A stretch of DNA of 64,000 nucleotides from Rhynchopus sp. YZ270_cl-10 (lineage: Eukaryota): positions 1,426,001-1,490,000 of the forward strand of contig OZ037846.1 of NCBI GenBank assembly GCA_964035575.1, in the 5' to 3' direction. This document shows, piece after piece, positions 32,770 to 44,605 of the stretch. Position 1 is the first letter of the stretch; each line of letters opens with the position of its first letter. The translations under genes were made by a program, and so were the position numbers. Below the pieces are notes generated by a model. The model did not search any database and was not told the DNA's origin. It saw only the letters and a list, made by a program, of their open reading frames with translations.

Positions 32770-34497
32770 ATGCGGTGCCTGAACAGCGCACTGACCATTG
32801 ATGGGTCGCTCAGTGCTGCCGAGACGAAGAAGCGCACCGTCCTGTTTGTGTTCTGTGTGGTTTCAGCTGTCGCGACTGTCTTGTCGAATGTGCTGCATCA
32901 GTACGACATGAAGGCACGCACCATTAACCTCCTCGGGTCTTGCGCGCTAGTCATTAGCGGGTGCGTTGGCATTGTTAAGGTGCTCTGCAAGCAGCAGCTG
33001 CGCACCGCGTTTGTGGTGGGTCTCCTGTACTCTGTCAGTATTAGTGTCTTCATGTGGGATTTGGACACACGTGCACTCGGGTTTGTTGCCTGGCCATTTC
33101 TAATCCTGATTGTGGACATGTTGCTTGTGATGGAAGTACCAGAACGGTACAGTGTATGGTTCGTGGGTGCGACAGTGGTGTGGCTGTTTGTGATGGGATG
33201 TGAGGAATCCTTCAGGTTTGGCTTGTTTGACCTTCCTGGGTTGTCACCGCACGAAGGTGAGCACAGCAGGAGAGAGGCCTTTATGGAAAAAGCTGACTGC
33301 GAATTCCTGCCCTGCAAAGTATCATTTCCACCAGTTGGCCTCACTTCAACCATTTCTGTCTTCCTGGTCGACTTTTTTATCACACGCAGGTTTGCGCACA
33401 ACGTGCTGAAGGAGCAGGAGTCAATGCGGCGCACGATCAGCGTTGTGCAGGAGATTGCGTCGCTTCTTGCGGGGTACGACGTGGAGCAGGTGGCGGAGAT
33501 GCTGGACGTGCATGGGGGTGACCTGCCTGAGGGGATGACTGCTGCCCTGTGGAGACTGGAGAAGAACCTGCGCATGTACAAAGCGTACCTCCCGAAGACG
33601 TGTCTGCCTTTTCAGGATGAGGTGGACAAGGTGCAAGCAGATAGTGAAGAGGACGACGGGACAGGGACAACAGACACATCCACAGAGTCCTCTCATTCGG
33701 TCGGACAGTCAAACATGCCAGTGTGCCTGCCACTGGGTCTGTCCTCGGTCAAGTCAACCCTGCTGACACTGAACGTGAAGGACACCCTGCATTTTCTGGA
33801 GAGGGACAGTGCGGCCTACTCCTCCTTCTTCACCACTCTTCTCCTGAAGACCCTGCAGGCAACAGAGACAAGACGTGGGATGGTGGACGTGTTCATCGGG
33901 GACAGGATCCACTGTTCGTTCAACGCCTCGAAGCAGTGTGCGACACATGCCACATCTGCACTGCACGCAGCAAGCCTGCTTCTGAAGGGTGTGAGCAGCT
34001 TTTGTGAGAAGGTGAATGCTGGTGTTGCGTCTGGGAAGGTGCTGCGTGGTGACATGGGTTGTGAGGTGATGCGTCGGTTCAGCATGGTGGGGGAGCTTGT
34101 GCGTGATGTGAACGGGCTGGAACGTGCGGGGCGTATGCTGGGGTGTGATGTGGTGTGCAACAGGATGTGCTTCGTCGATGCTGAGTGCGAACACCAGCTG
34201 CGTCTGCTTCCGTGCAAGGTGGAGGTTGCCTCTGGCTGTGAGGCACAGGTTGTGGCGGAAGTGATGGCTCCAGAGAGGAAGACAGCAGGAGCAGTTGACG
34301 AATGGATGTACATGATAGGTGAGAAGCACTGGGAGGAGTACAACACAGCGGTGCGTGGGTACCTGCGTGGTGAGCAGTCTGACCTTGACGTTACTATGGC
34401 ATGGACAGCTGCGGGAGGGGTTGGCACACCAGCACACGCAGTTCCTTCTGGGACGTGCAGTGTCGTGTGTTGCTCTCAGATCTGTTCCGTTAAGTAG
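32770..34497 (+). CDS. Multi-pass membrane protein with a degenerate class III nucleotidyl cyclase domain
   Basis: About 6 hydrophobic helices, NLRMYKAYLP linker, and cyclase-like GMVDVFIGDRIHCSFN and AGVASGKVLRGDMG...RFSMVGELV. Lacks the first metal Asp, the substrate Lys and the N-x3-R motif. Confidence 0.8.
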   Translation: MRCLNSALTIDGSLSAAETKKRTVLFVFCVVSAVATVLSNVLHQYDMKARTINLLGSCALVISGCVGIVKVLCKQQLRTAFVVGLLYSVSISVFMWDLDTRALGFVAWPFLILIVDMLLVMEVPERYSVWFVGATVVWLFVMGCEESFRFGLFDLPGLSPHEGEHSRREAFMEKADCEFLPCKVSFPPVGLTSTISVFLVDFFITRRFAHNVLKEQESMRRTISVVQEIASLLAGYDVEQVAEMLDVHGGDLPEGMTAALWRLEKNLRMYKAYLPKTCLPFQDEVDKVQADSEEDDGTGTTDTSTESSHSVGQSNMPVCLPLGLSSVKSTLLTLNVKDTLHFLERDSAAYSSFFTTLLLKTLQATETRRGMVDVFIGDRIHCSFNASKQCATHATSALHAASLLLKGVSSFCEKVNAGVASGKVLRGDMGCEVMRRFSMVGELVRDVNGLERAGRMLGCDVVCNRMCFVDAECEHQLRLLPCKVEVASGCEAQVVAEVMAPERKTAGAVDEWMYMIGEKHWEEYNTAVRGYLRGEQSDLDVTMAWTAAGGVGTPAHAVPSGTCSVVCCSQICSVK

Positions 34498-34622
34498 CAC
34501 TGTTCTGTTTGCTCAGAGTCAAAAACTTGCGATGTCACAGACATCACTACAGTTTTTAGTTGGTCCATACATTTTACGATCACGGTGTTCTCCTTTTCTC
34601 TTTTCCCTCAACCGCTCCCTTC

Positions 34623-34801
34623 CACAGCACACCCACCACCTCACAGCACACCCACCACCTCACAGCACACCCACCACCTCACAGCACACCCACCACCTCA
34701 CAGCACACCCACCACCTCACAGCACACCCACCACCTCACAGCACACCCACCACCTCACAGCACACCCACCACCTCACAGCACACCCACCACCTCACAGCA
34801 C
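34623..34801. repeat. 19-bp minisatellite (CACAGCACACCCACCACCT)n
   Basis: About 9 perfect tandem copies. Confidence 0.95.
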
Positions 34802-34992
34802 CCCATCCCTCCCCCTCCCCCTCTCCTCCCCTATACACAACAACCTGCGATCCTTTCAAAAAAAAAAAATGACTTTCACCTCTATTTCTGACTGATTTCC
34901 CTTTAGACTATTTTCCTTTTTTTGCGTTTTCTGTCATTCTCTCTGTACCTACCCTAGGCATTGCTGCCACAACTATCCTACTCTAACTTAAA

Positions 34993-37900
34993 ATGGACAT
35001 CGATGTATCCCTCGAGGGGCACGAAGGTGGCGAGAATGTGATGAAGTCGAACAAACTTTTTTCTGAAAAACAGTTTGTTCGGAGTGGGTGGCTGTACGTG
35101 AAAATCAGTACCCGGAGGAATCTTCTTGTTAAAAGCCTTTGGCAGCCACGGTTTGTCGAAGCCTCCGTCTGCCCAGAACAACCTGGCGGGCCCGACAGCA
35201 AACTCACAATCTACCGGAGTGAAGACAAAGAATCGAGCCTTCTCTCCTCCCAGCTCCTCGGCACTCTTGACACAACCAGAAAACGGCAGCTAGAAGAGTC
35301 TGAAGCGAAGATAATTCCAATCAAACCGACTGATAAAGAGCCAGAATTTCGCTGGGGCCACGTCATCTTTACATTTGAGGGGGTTGGGGTATATGGGGAA
35401 TTCATTTGCGAATCCTCCGAAGACCGAGATGCCTGGGTCGAATGGCTGCAAGACTATTTATTGCTCCGCGAAACCAACGAAATGAAGCTGCGAAGCTCCC
35501 CGGCGCACGTCATGGTAAAGCTTGCGGACAAAATTGTCAAGAAATATGTGGCCGATTTCCACCCTACGGAACGTACCCAACACGAATCCGCCTCTGTACA
35601 AGAAATCCACCCCTGCAGCAACCTCAGTGTCGACCACCCACCCTCAAAAGAGGTTCTCTGGGGCGCCACCTTAAGACGCATTAAAGCAAAACGCGACCAT
35701 TTCACAGTCTACAGCACTGTCATGGGGCTGACCTTCATTGATATCGACAAAATACATCTTCCCTTTGCGGAAGTCGAATTTGCGATTGAAAATCAATGGT
35801 CAACAAAGCTGGTTGTAACAAGAACCGGGGCACACCAAGACAAGCATGTTCTAACAGCGAAGGATGCGGGGGAGCGGGATGAGTGGATGCAGTGGTTGCA
35901 GTATGCGAGGGTGCTGCCTCATGTGGAAAGGGTGCTGCAGGATGGGGTTGAGTGGGAGACAGCGACGCTGACGATCAACAGCAGAAGGAGACGTCGTGCG
36001 GATGAGGAAGCGGGCGCGACAGCGGAATGCTATGTATCGCTTGCGCACGAACCAGCACGCCTCGCGTTTCGTGTGTTCCCCTCCTTCGTGAAGTGGGAGA
36101 CCGGCGAAGATGACACAGGGCGCACAACATATACCGACGCTGACGAAGAAGGCGGGAAGCTCGCAGTGGTGCTCCGCAGTGGCGCTGCTATGGTGTTTGA
36201 GCACGCCTACGACCTGTATGAGCTGTACTTCAGAACGCAGCAGCGGCAGGGCCTGCTGGCGGCGACGGAAAACGACGTCACCCACGTCGAGAAGACAGGG
36301 GACTCAAAAGGCGGGCAGCGGTGGTTGGTATGGCCTTTCTTAGTTAACATTACTGGGGGGGGGCGAATAGAAGACCCCCCCCTTGTATTCACCATGTCAG
36401 CGCTTTTTTTAGGGGGGTTTTCAAACATAAAATTATTGGATAAATATTTTATGGTCCGTTGAATACAAGACCCTTTTAGGATTTAGCATAGCGTAAAAAA
36501 TTAATTTTGTTACAGTATGCTAAATACAAGACCCTACTAGGGTCTTGTATGCTACACGCAAGCCCACTAGGGTCTTCTATTCTAAAATATATTTTATGAA
36601 AACGGCCAAAAAAAAAGGGGTCTTCTATTCGGCGGGGTCTTGTATTCGGCAGGGGTCTTCTATTCGCCCCCCCCCAGTAAGTAGTTAATTTTGTATTTCA
36701 GAAAAAAATCTCACCCTCGAGAAACGTCTCGCGTCTCTCTGTGTGTGCACCTTACAAACAAAAGAGTAGTGTACGGTAGGTCGTAAAACTTCATAAAAAC
36801 CCACTCAAACCCACCCAACCCCTGGCAGGCACTATGCGCAATCCTCAAGGCCTCAGGACAAGTCGACTACAACGCAGACAGTGTCCGCCACAGAGAGTAC
36901 GCCTCTCCGTGGGACCTACCCGATGAGGACAATATTGTGTTCGGCTTCCCAGACGAGATCCTGGACAGGAAGAAGGAGGGTATGCACACACCAACCCCCA
37001 CCCCCACACATCTATAAAAAAACATGATGATGGCCCGGTAGTAGTATCAGCGACCATCAATGTGACATCTGCCCCACACAAGAGAGATCATCGCGCTCTG
37101 CGGCGACGTAACAATGTTTAGTATAGTGGAGCACACTCTAGGGTGGCTACACTAATGCAACCAAGTTTTCAAAAAACAACCCCTCTCCCTCCCTCCAACC
37201 ATCCCCCCTTCTCCACCTCCCCACTCTCCACAGCCGACGCCTATGTAGGCTCAGTCTGGATGACACTTGCTCAAGCAAAGAAGAAGTACGGCGTTGTCTG
37301 GAAGGACCTCAGCAACGAGAAGAAGCGGGGCATCATCAAAGGGGAGGGCCGCGACGCAGGCGAGATGCAGGCGAGGCGCGAGCTTCTGCAGCAGCCGTAC
37401 TCTTTGCTGAACGCAGCGAAGCAGCTGGTTGGGCTGGACCGCTGGCGCAACCTGACCCCCTCGGAGCAGCTGGAACACTGCCTGCAATGCAAAGCCGCCA
37501 ACATCCGCATTAGCTCAGGCTCACCTCGGGGGAACGGCTCCCACGCGAAGAACGTTCTCCTCAAATGCTTCCGCTCGGGAGGTATGCGCGAGGTTCTCGA
37601 ACGGATGCGCCTCGACGACTCCGACGAAGAAGAAGCAGGCTCCATCCCAGCCGAGCCCACCCCAAACCCTCCAGGGGAGGTCTACGCGTTTAACTCTGCC
37701 ACCGGCATCAAATGGGAGGGTTTGGTCGCAAGCAATGAAGTGTTTGTGAAATCGGTTGCCCCAGGGAGCGTCGCTGCCTCCTACGGTATCGAACCCGGAA
37801 TGCAACTCCTTGCCGTGAACGGCTGCGCTGTACGCAGCAAAGAAGACCTCCGGCAAGCTCTCAAAGCAGCCAGATCCGAAATCCGCAAAGACAACATCGC

Positions 37901-39359
37901 ACAGTACCGTCTCCTCCGCACCAACCACCACAGCCCCGACGAAGCCGTTCCATACCTCGACACAGCAGACCCGCTAGATGCCCCTGCGATCACCTATTCT
38001 CCCGCTCATATTACACCCCCTGCGGTTCCGGCATTGGGTTGGGCAAACTCTCTTTTGGTTGACAAAAAATCAAACAACCCGAACCCTTTGACATACCGGA
38101 GTGGCGGGATTCCTCGCTTAGGCACTCTACTAAACAGCTCTTCTCCATTATTGAGCTCTCCGGTAGGGGGCACAACGTTGATGCACAGCTATACCGGAGA
38201 AATGAATTCGGGGAGCAACGGGAACAGCAACAGCCCTGCCGGATGGGAGTCTACAGTGTCCACACCTACTGCAGGGTCGGAGCGGATGTTGTCCATGCCA
38301 AAGTCTCCTGTAGGTACCTCCTATGGGTCTTCGTTGTTGGGCAGCAAGAATGGGATTGGGTTGAACACCACTGCATCAAGGCTTGCGTTGGAGAAGGAGT
38401 TTGAGTGGTCGTTCTTAGGGGGTGCCGGGACGTCCCCAATGGGGGAGTCGAATGGGCTGAAAGATAAGACGCCTGAGGCAGAACCGAGGTCGTCCTCTCG
38501 CTCCCAGGTTATGCCTATGCTGGCGGCCCCAATGTCGTTGTTTCATTCTCCTCCGTCGTCGTCGTCGTTGCTGTTGACTCCAGAGGGTTCGGATCGTCTG
38601 CCGCAATCATGGGTTTATGTAAAAGAGGGTGGAGTAAACAAACGACGTTGGTGTGTCGCAGACCCAAATGCGGTGATAGTTTATAAGGGTGAAGGGAGTG
38701 TTGGGATGGGGCCGGCGGAGGTGGACCGGATACCGTTGGGGGGTGCGTCGGTGGTGCATGACGAAGTGGCGTCGAGCATTGTGATTAGAACTGTGTCTGG
38801 TGTGCGGGAGTTGACGCATGTGTCTTCGGAAGACTGTGCGGTGTGGTTGCGGTGGTTTCGTGGGGTAAGTGGGCTGCAGGTTGTGTCGGGTGGAGGTGGT
38901 GGTGGAGGTGGTGGTGGAGGTGGTGCACCCACACCCCCTCCCATCCCACTCTTGCGCGAGAGAGGGGAGGAGAGCAGAGGTGCGGCGCTTGCGAGTCTTG
39001 TTGGGGTGGGGGCAGGGGCAGGGGTCGGGGTGGGGAACGGCAGTCTGTTCACCTCGCCGTCGTCGGCGGGGGTGAGCCTTCGGTCCCCGTCGCTATCGGG
39101 GTGCCGTGGTGGGCTGTTGGGTTCTCCTACATTTGCAGAGCCCTCGCTAGGAGGTCCAGGTAACACTGGAGGAGGGGTGGCAGGGCTCAATGGGAGTGGT
39201 GTTGGTGGTGTCGGTGGCATCGGGGGTGGTACTGTCTCTTCCAGCTCCCCTCTGCAGGCCGAGCCTGTCAAGTCGCACACCCCGCTCCGCGCGCTGTCTT
39301 CTCCTCGGGCGCTTGCATCCACCTCGCTCCTACGATCCACACTGGGTGGGTTTGACTAA
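34993..39359 (+). CDS. Multi-PH-domain + PDZ protein, 3 exons (34993-36327, 36829-36979, 37234-39359; ~1203 aa)
   Basis: PH motifs RSGWLYVK...WQPRFV...ESSEDRDAWVEWL, AKDAGERDEWMQWL and SWVYVKEGGVNKRRWCV...SSEDCAVWLRWF. PDZ: VFVKSVAPGSVAASYGIEPGMQLLAVNG. GT-AG introns of phase 0 and 1 join two track ORFs into a 3612-nt frame. Confidence 0.8.
36353..36677. mobile_element. Intronic MITE, TA TSD
   Basis: TA|CTGGGGGGGGGCGAATAGAAGACCCC ... GGGGTCTTCTATTCGCCCCCCCCCAG|TA, with internal GAATACAAGACCC subrepeats. Confidence 0.85.
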
Positions 39360-40844
39360 AAGGGAGAGGGAGGAAAAACAATGGGAGGGGGATTCCGGCC
39401 CCCTATTTCTGTGTATTTAGATATTGTTGTTATAGGAAAGAATCGGTTAGGTTCCGGAAAGTGTGGAATTTTTGCGAACCCAGTATGTGTATATGTGTGT
39501 TGTGTCCTCAATTTCTTTCCCAAAGTTTTCTTCTTGTTTTGTGGGTATTTTTTTCTGTTTCGGGGAGGGGAGGGACAACACGGCGGACCTAATCAGGGGG
39601 ACTACTAGTTGTCATAACTACTGCTGAACTAGTAGTGCTGCCTGGTGTAATTACCCTAGTCGTAAAACACTAGTCATTTGGGCCTGTAGCATCTACTAGT
39701 CCTTCCTGACTGAGTCCGCTGTGAAGGCAGGGCGTTTGTTTGCCATGCTTTCTGCAGAGATAAGAGGGCATTGTTGCCGGAATGGTAAAGTAGGGACACA
39801 CATGTTTTTGCCTTTTTTTTTTTCAAAGTTTTTATTTTTGTTCTGTTTGCGTAAGGCGACTTACCACCTAGCTCAAGGGTAAGGGATAGGGTTCAGACCC
39901 TAGGTGCTCAGAAGGCGATCTGTTTCGATACCGATGCTTTTATATATTAGGCCAAATACTTTGTGTGGTGACAAAATGATTCAAACGTCTTGAAACTTTT
40001 TGGTTTATTCCTCTCCCCTTATATTGTGTACTCACCTGTGCTTTCATCCAGATGGCTGGTATCGTACGTGGGTCAGTCGGAGGTGCCTGCATCAACAACT
40101 ACAGTTTTTTTTTTGCAACTGACGCGCTGGAGAGGCCCTGGCCAAACATGGCGTGTTAGGGGAAATATATTCGTCGCACAGATTAGATCAGAGACCCCAC
40201 CCGATATGTTTTTCATTTTACCTCTTTTGTGCTCCGCCACCGACACTCCCATTTTCTGTACTTCAGGCAATAATCATAAACCATCACACACTGACACAGT
40301 CCGCGTGTGCTGGAAACAATCAATTTTTTCAAAAAAAAAGGCCAAATATGGAGTGGGGGTGGAAGCGTGCAATGCAACAAACGGTCGAGATCTGATCAAG
40401 CGAAACGGATATATTTTTTTTTTTTTGCTCAAGGTCTCTTGATTTTCAAACCCATTTTTTATATGTTGTCTCCTTGCTCAGAGACACGAAGGGGGAAGTG
40501 GTGAACACAAGAGGTGGCAACACAAAAAGGTGCTACTTTTATTCTAGAAAAGTAGCACCTTCATTCGGTGTGTTCAGCGAAAGAAGTGAAAATTATTTGA
40601 GTAGAAAAACCACCTGTATTTTGACCCATTTATTTGCCGATGTTTGCTATCATTTGCCATCAAACGTCAAAACAGTGGCAAACATGGGTCAAATTCAGAT
40701 GGAAAAAAGCTCCAGAATGAAAGTATTATTTTGTGAAGCGAACAATAAGCAACCTTTTTTTCCCTCTCCCCATTGTACAGTCTTTTGAGCAACAAACAAA
40801 GAGTAACGAGCCTCTTGAGCATTTTTTTTTAGTGCCTATGCACA

Positions 40845-41544
40845 CAGGGTCCTCAGCCTGCACCCCTCTCTGGGAATTTTGGGGGTGCAAAAATTTTTCT
40901 GTACAAAACCCTTCAGAAAAGTCCATTCCGAGCTTTCTCCCCACACAAGCGGTCGTCGCGCGCGCTTCGCGCGCGCTCCTCCCTGACAAAGTTGGAAGAG
41001 GTGCGAAAATTCACGGGAAAATGGGGAAACCAGGGCCTGACGCTATTTTTTTTGGGTTTTTGTGAAATCGTGGGAGGCTCAAAAAAATTTTCCTGCGCCC
41101 GTTTTTTTTATTTCACATTGGGGTGTCTTTCCGCGAGCGAAGCGAGCGGAAAAAATTTTTAAGGTGTACCTCCGCGAGCGCAGCGAGCGGAAAATTACAC
41201 TCAGTACCCATGCATAAAACGAAATACACTTCCACATAATCACTTCGCTTGCTTTCCTGGACTGCTAAAGGTGGCGACAATCGCAGGGAGCATCCCTGGC
41301 ACCACTTTCACACATTGTGAGTGTGACAGCCACCTAGTGGTGCTTGGCTGTGTCTGTTGTGGTGCTGACGAAAAGCCAGAGAATCCCTGCTGAAGCCTGA
41401 AATCCCCCAAAAATTTTTTTTCGCCCCAAAAAAACTTTTTTTTTTTTTGGGGGGGGTGCAAAAATATTTTTTGCACCCCCCGACTTTTCTTTTTTTTTTT
41501 TTTTGGGTGCAAAATTTTTTTTTTGCACCCCCTTGAGGACCCTG
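40845..41544. mobile_element. Non-autonomous hAT-like element, 8-bp TSD
   Basis: TIR CAGGGTCCTCA/TGAGGACCCTG; TSD TATGCACA at 40837-40844 and 41545-41552. Confidence 0.85.
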
Positions 41545-44500
41545 TATGCACAGGCGTTTGCACTTTCAACTTCTCTCTGGGTACATTTTTGTGTACCCTA
41601 TTTTACCTTCTATTCAGTAGAATAGTTAGTATAATATTATGAAGCAACCTCTCTCTTTTTTTGCACATAGAACAACCCCTCGTGTGCAAACCTATGAAGC
41701 ACCTGCGAGATATATCGAGAGGGGAGGGTCTCAGTTATATATTCACTCTTGATTTAGCAAATAAAACGGCTGTAGTAAAAAAAGGTGGTGTTAAATATTC
41801 CACAAAAAAACCCCCCGTAAAACGAAGCAACAAAAAACAACTGATTTTTTTTTTTTAGCAAATAATACTCAGTTGTAAATAAGAAGTGGAAAGCAAATCA
41901 TAACTGAGACTCCCTTCCTCTTGACTTTATTTTTTTTTCTTCTAACGATATACAGGACAAGAAACTTGGCGACCAAATACGCGGATTTTGGGGGTGTTCT
42001 TGCAATTGGACAGGCGACTTTTTGGTCGCCAATATTACTTGTCCTGCTGTAGTGTGTTCTCTCAAACTCCTAATCATTTAGAGTACGGAGAGGGAAGGGG
42101 GTAACGGAAAAGCGCAGAAAACGCATCTTTCAATGCCACACCAATTGTCTTCTCTCAACCCAGGGCTTACGGGAATGCAACCCGTCCCTCTTTTTGTATT
42201 TTTTTTTGTTTGTTTTTGATTTTTGTTTTTTTCTCTTCTTTGAATGGAATAGTATAGTGTAGGCTGATTGATGTGGGCCTGGCATGCCCCATTTTTCAAT
42301 TTATTCCACCGATTTTTCAACCGATCACCCACCGACCACCATGGATTACCACCAACCAGGCCCAGCGTCAATCAGACTACTATGAAATTGAAAAAGAAAA
42401 AAGAAAATCGTTAGTGGAGCACACTCTAGGGTGGCTACACTAATACAACCAAGTTTTCAAAAAAAATCAAACAAATTGCCCGCGGTTCGATAACCTGCGG
42501 AGATCCAGCGCCTGCGTCCGCAGAGACGTTTGCGCTTACAACTTCTATTTTATTGACTAAGCACAAGAGGCTTAGGTTCATCTTGTAAACCTATGTTTTG
42601 TATTTTTGAGGGAATTTTTTTGGCGTCCAAAATCATTTTTCGAGTAGAAAAGCTCGATAAACGTTTTCCTACCGTATTCCGAAAAATTATCGGCCGTACT
42701 AATGTTCGACCTTGTCAGGATTTTTTAGGAAAGTTCGAACCTTTTTCCTGTCGATAATTTGTACGAATACAGTATTTTCTTTTTGAACGCATTGTGTAGC
42801 TGAATGGAGGGGCAAAAAAAGTATGTGAGAAGTGCGAGTCACCCACCCCCTAGGGTCCCACCCCTTCATCCATCCTTTTTGAAAAAGCAGTAAAGGTTCC
42901 CTTACAACCACTGCGACAGAGTAAGCCGGAAACTACATTAAAGTTCGCACATCGCTTTGGTTAAGGATCTAAAAAGCTAAACAAACACAAAACACAACAT
43001 AGCAAAAACAAAGAGTACAAAACAGAACAGAAAACATCTACAAACCCCTCTTCAGCCAAGACAAAGTACTACAATGAAATACAGTACAAAAACAAACAGA
43101 GTAGCAAAAACAAAACCCGAGCTCACTTACTTCGCACAAGGAGTTGCTCCCCTTGGGTTCCAATTATACCCGTTTCGTTGACTGACGAGCGGTAGCGGGA
43201 GTAGGACATCTCAACGTAGACGAAATGGAAGTAAGCTGGGCGGAGGGTGGGCGTGGCGTGGATATATTCTGTTGCGACACAGTGATTTTTCCAAGTTTTC
43301 AACAAAAAACAAATACAAAACAAACGAACCTTCAAACCCCCTTCATCCAATAATTCGCTATTCCTAGAGGTGTCGACGGACGACCTTTTCAAAACCTTCC
43401 CTCTCTTCAAAAGCAGTAGCGACATGCTCCTGTCTATTTTCAACAAAAAAAAAAAAAAAAAAAAAAAGGTTTTAGAGGTCACGGATCACCTTTTTGTGTA
43501 TATTTTTTTTTTTCCAGTGCAATACTTTTTTGAAGTACGAGAGGACCCCACTCTGGGGGTCCTCGATTTCGTCAAACAAAATTTTTTAAAAAAGGTACAC
43601 CTCCCCCACAACTTTCATTCAAACCCACAACCGCCCTTGAGCACTCTCCAATAGCACAGCTATGTTCTTGCTGTGTTGTCGATCCTACACCCCAGACCAC
43701 CCCTCCCTAGGCACACAGTGCGGACGAGTCGTACCGAGTGAGACAAGTGGCGATACTCGCCTCCAATACTCGTCTCCATACTCGTCGTGACGAGTTGAGA
43801 CGAGTACGTTTTGTAGGCACTTACCGAAGAGACGAGTCCAGACGAGTGAGACGAGTGACAATACGAGTTTTCGGGCTGAGACCCAAAAAAACGAGTTTAG
43901 GCGACTATTTGGGGGACAATGGAAGATAAAAACGGGGGAATTATGTCAAATTCGGGATCTGGTGGGTATTCAGTTTGAATCGCTGTCCTCAGTGTTGAAG
44001 TATTCTTACGTTGCCTGCGTGCTTGTGCAGTTGTGCAGTTCTTGCTTCCAGGGAGCCTCCTTACAGAGTCTCAAAGAGCAGTCTGAAGTTCTGCAAAAGT
44101 AATGATGACGGACCAGACGTTTTGTCCTACCGATGTTCGACCCGTAGAAACGGTGTGCCTGTCTCTAGGAAAATCCCTCACTGCACGATTAATGTCCTCC
44201 GGCTTGCTGGTGGCGAATTAGAAACTGTTCCCACCCCCCTGGATGCACTCCCTGCTTCTCCGGCTATCCGTTTCTTGATGGACTCCATCTCTTCACCCAC
44301 CTTCAATGGAGCTTCTCGTCTTTGGGCTTGCAGATGCTGACACCCTGCCCGGCGCATCATTCGTATAATTAATTATACACGAATTCGAATTTTACATCCT
44401 AGCTCCCCTCCCCCACCAGCGCCTCACAGCAACTCACAGGGCAACCGAGTGTTGTGAAAGAAAAATCGACGCAGGAGCCTTTTTATCGGAAACTGTTTTC

Positions 44501-44605
44501 TTCTCCGCAAAACACACAACACCACTTTGACAGAAAAAAACTTCACACAATCTGTTTTTCATCTTTTTTTTAAAAATCCCAACAGGGGAGGAGTGAGGCT
44601 GCGCA

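Noticed and set aside
36328..36462. C-terminus of the 489-aa ORF 34993-36462 as a separate gene
   Set aside because: Read-through into an intron containing a MITE; splicing joins it to the downstream PDZ/PH exons.
40253..40268. TTTCTGTACTT resembling the euglenozoan spliced-leader 3' end (also ~49188, ~56060)
   Set aside because: Continues CAG(G), not TATTG, lacks the SL 5' part, and belongs to a dispersed repeat.
43950..44360. Possible minus-strand retroelement fragment
   Set aside because: No diagnostic motif identifiable by eye.
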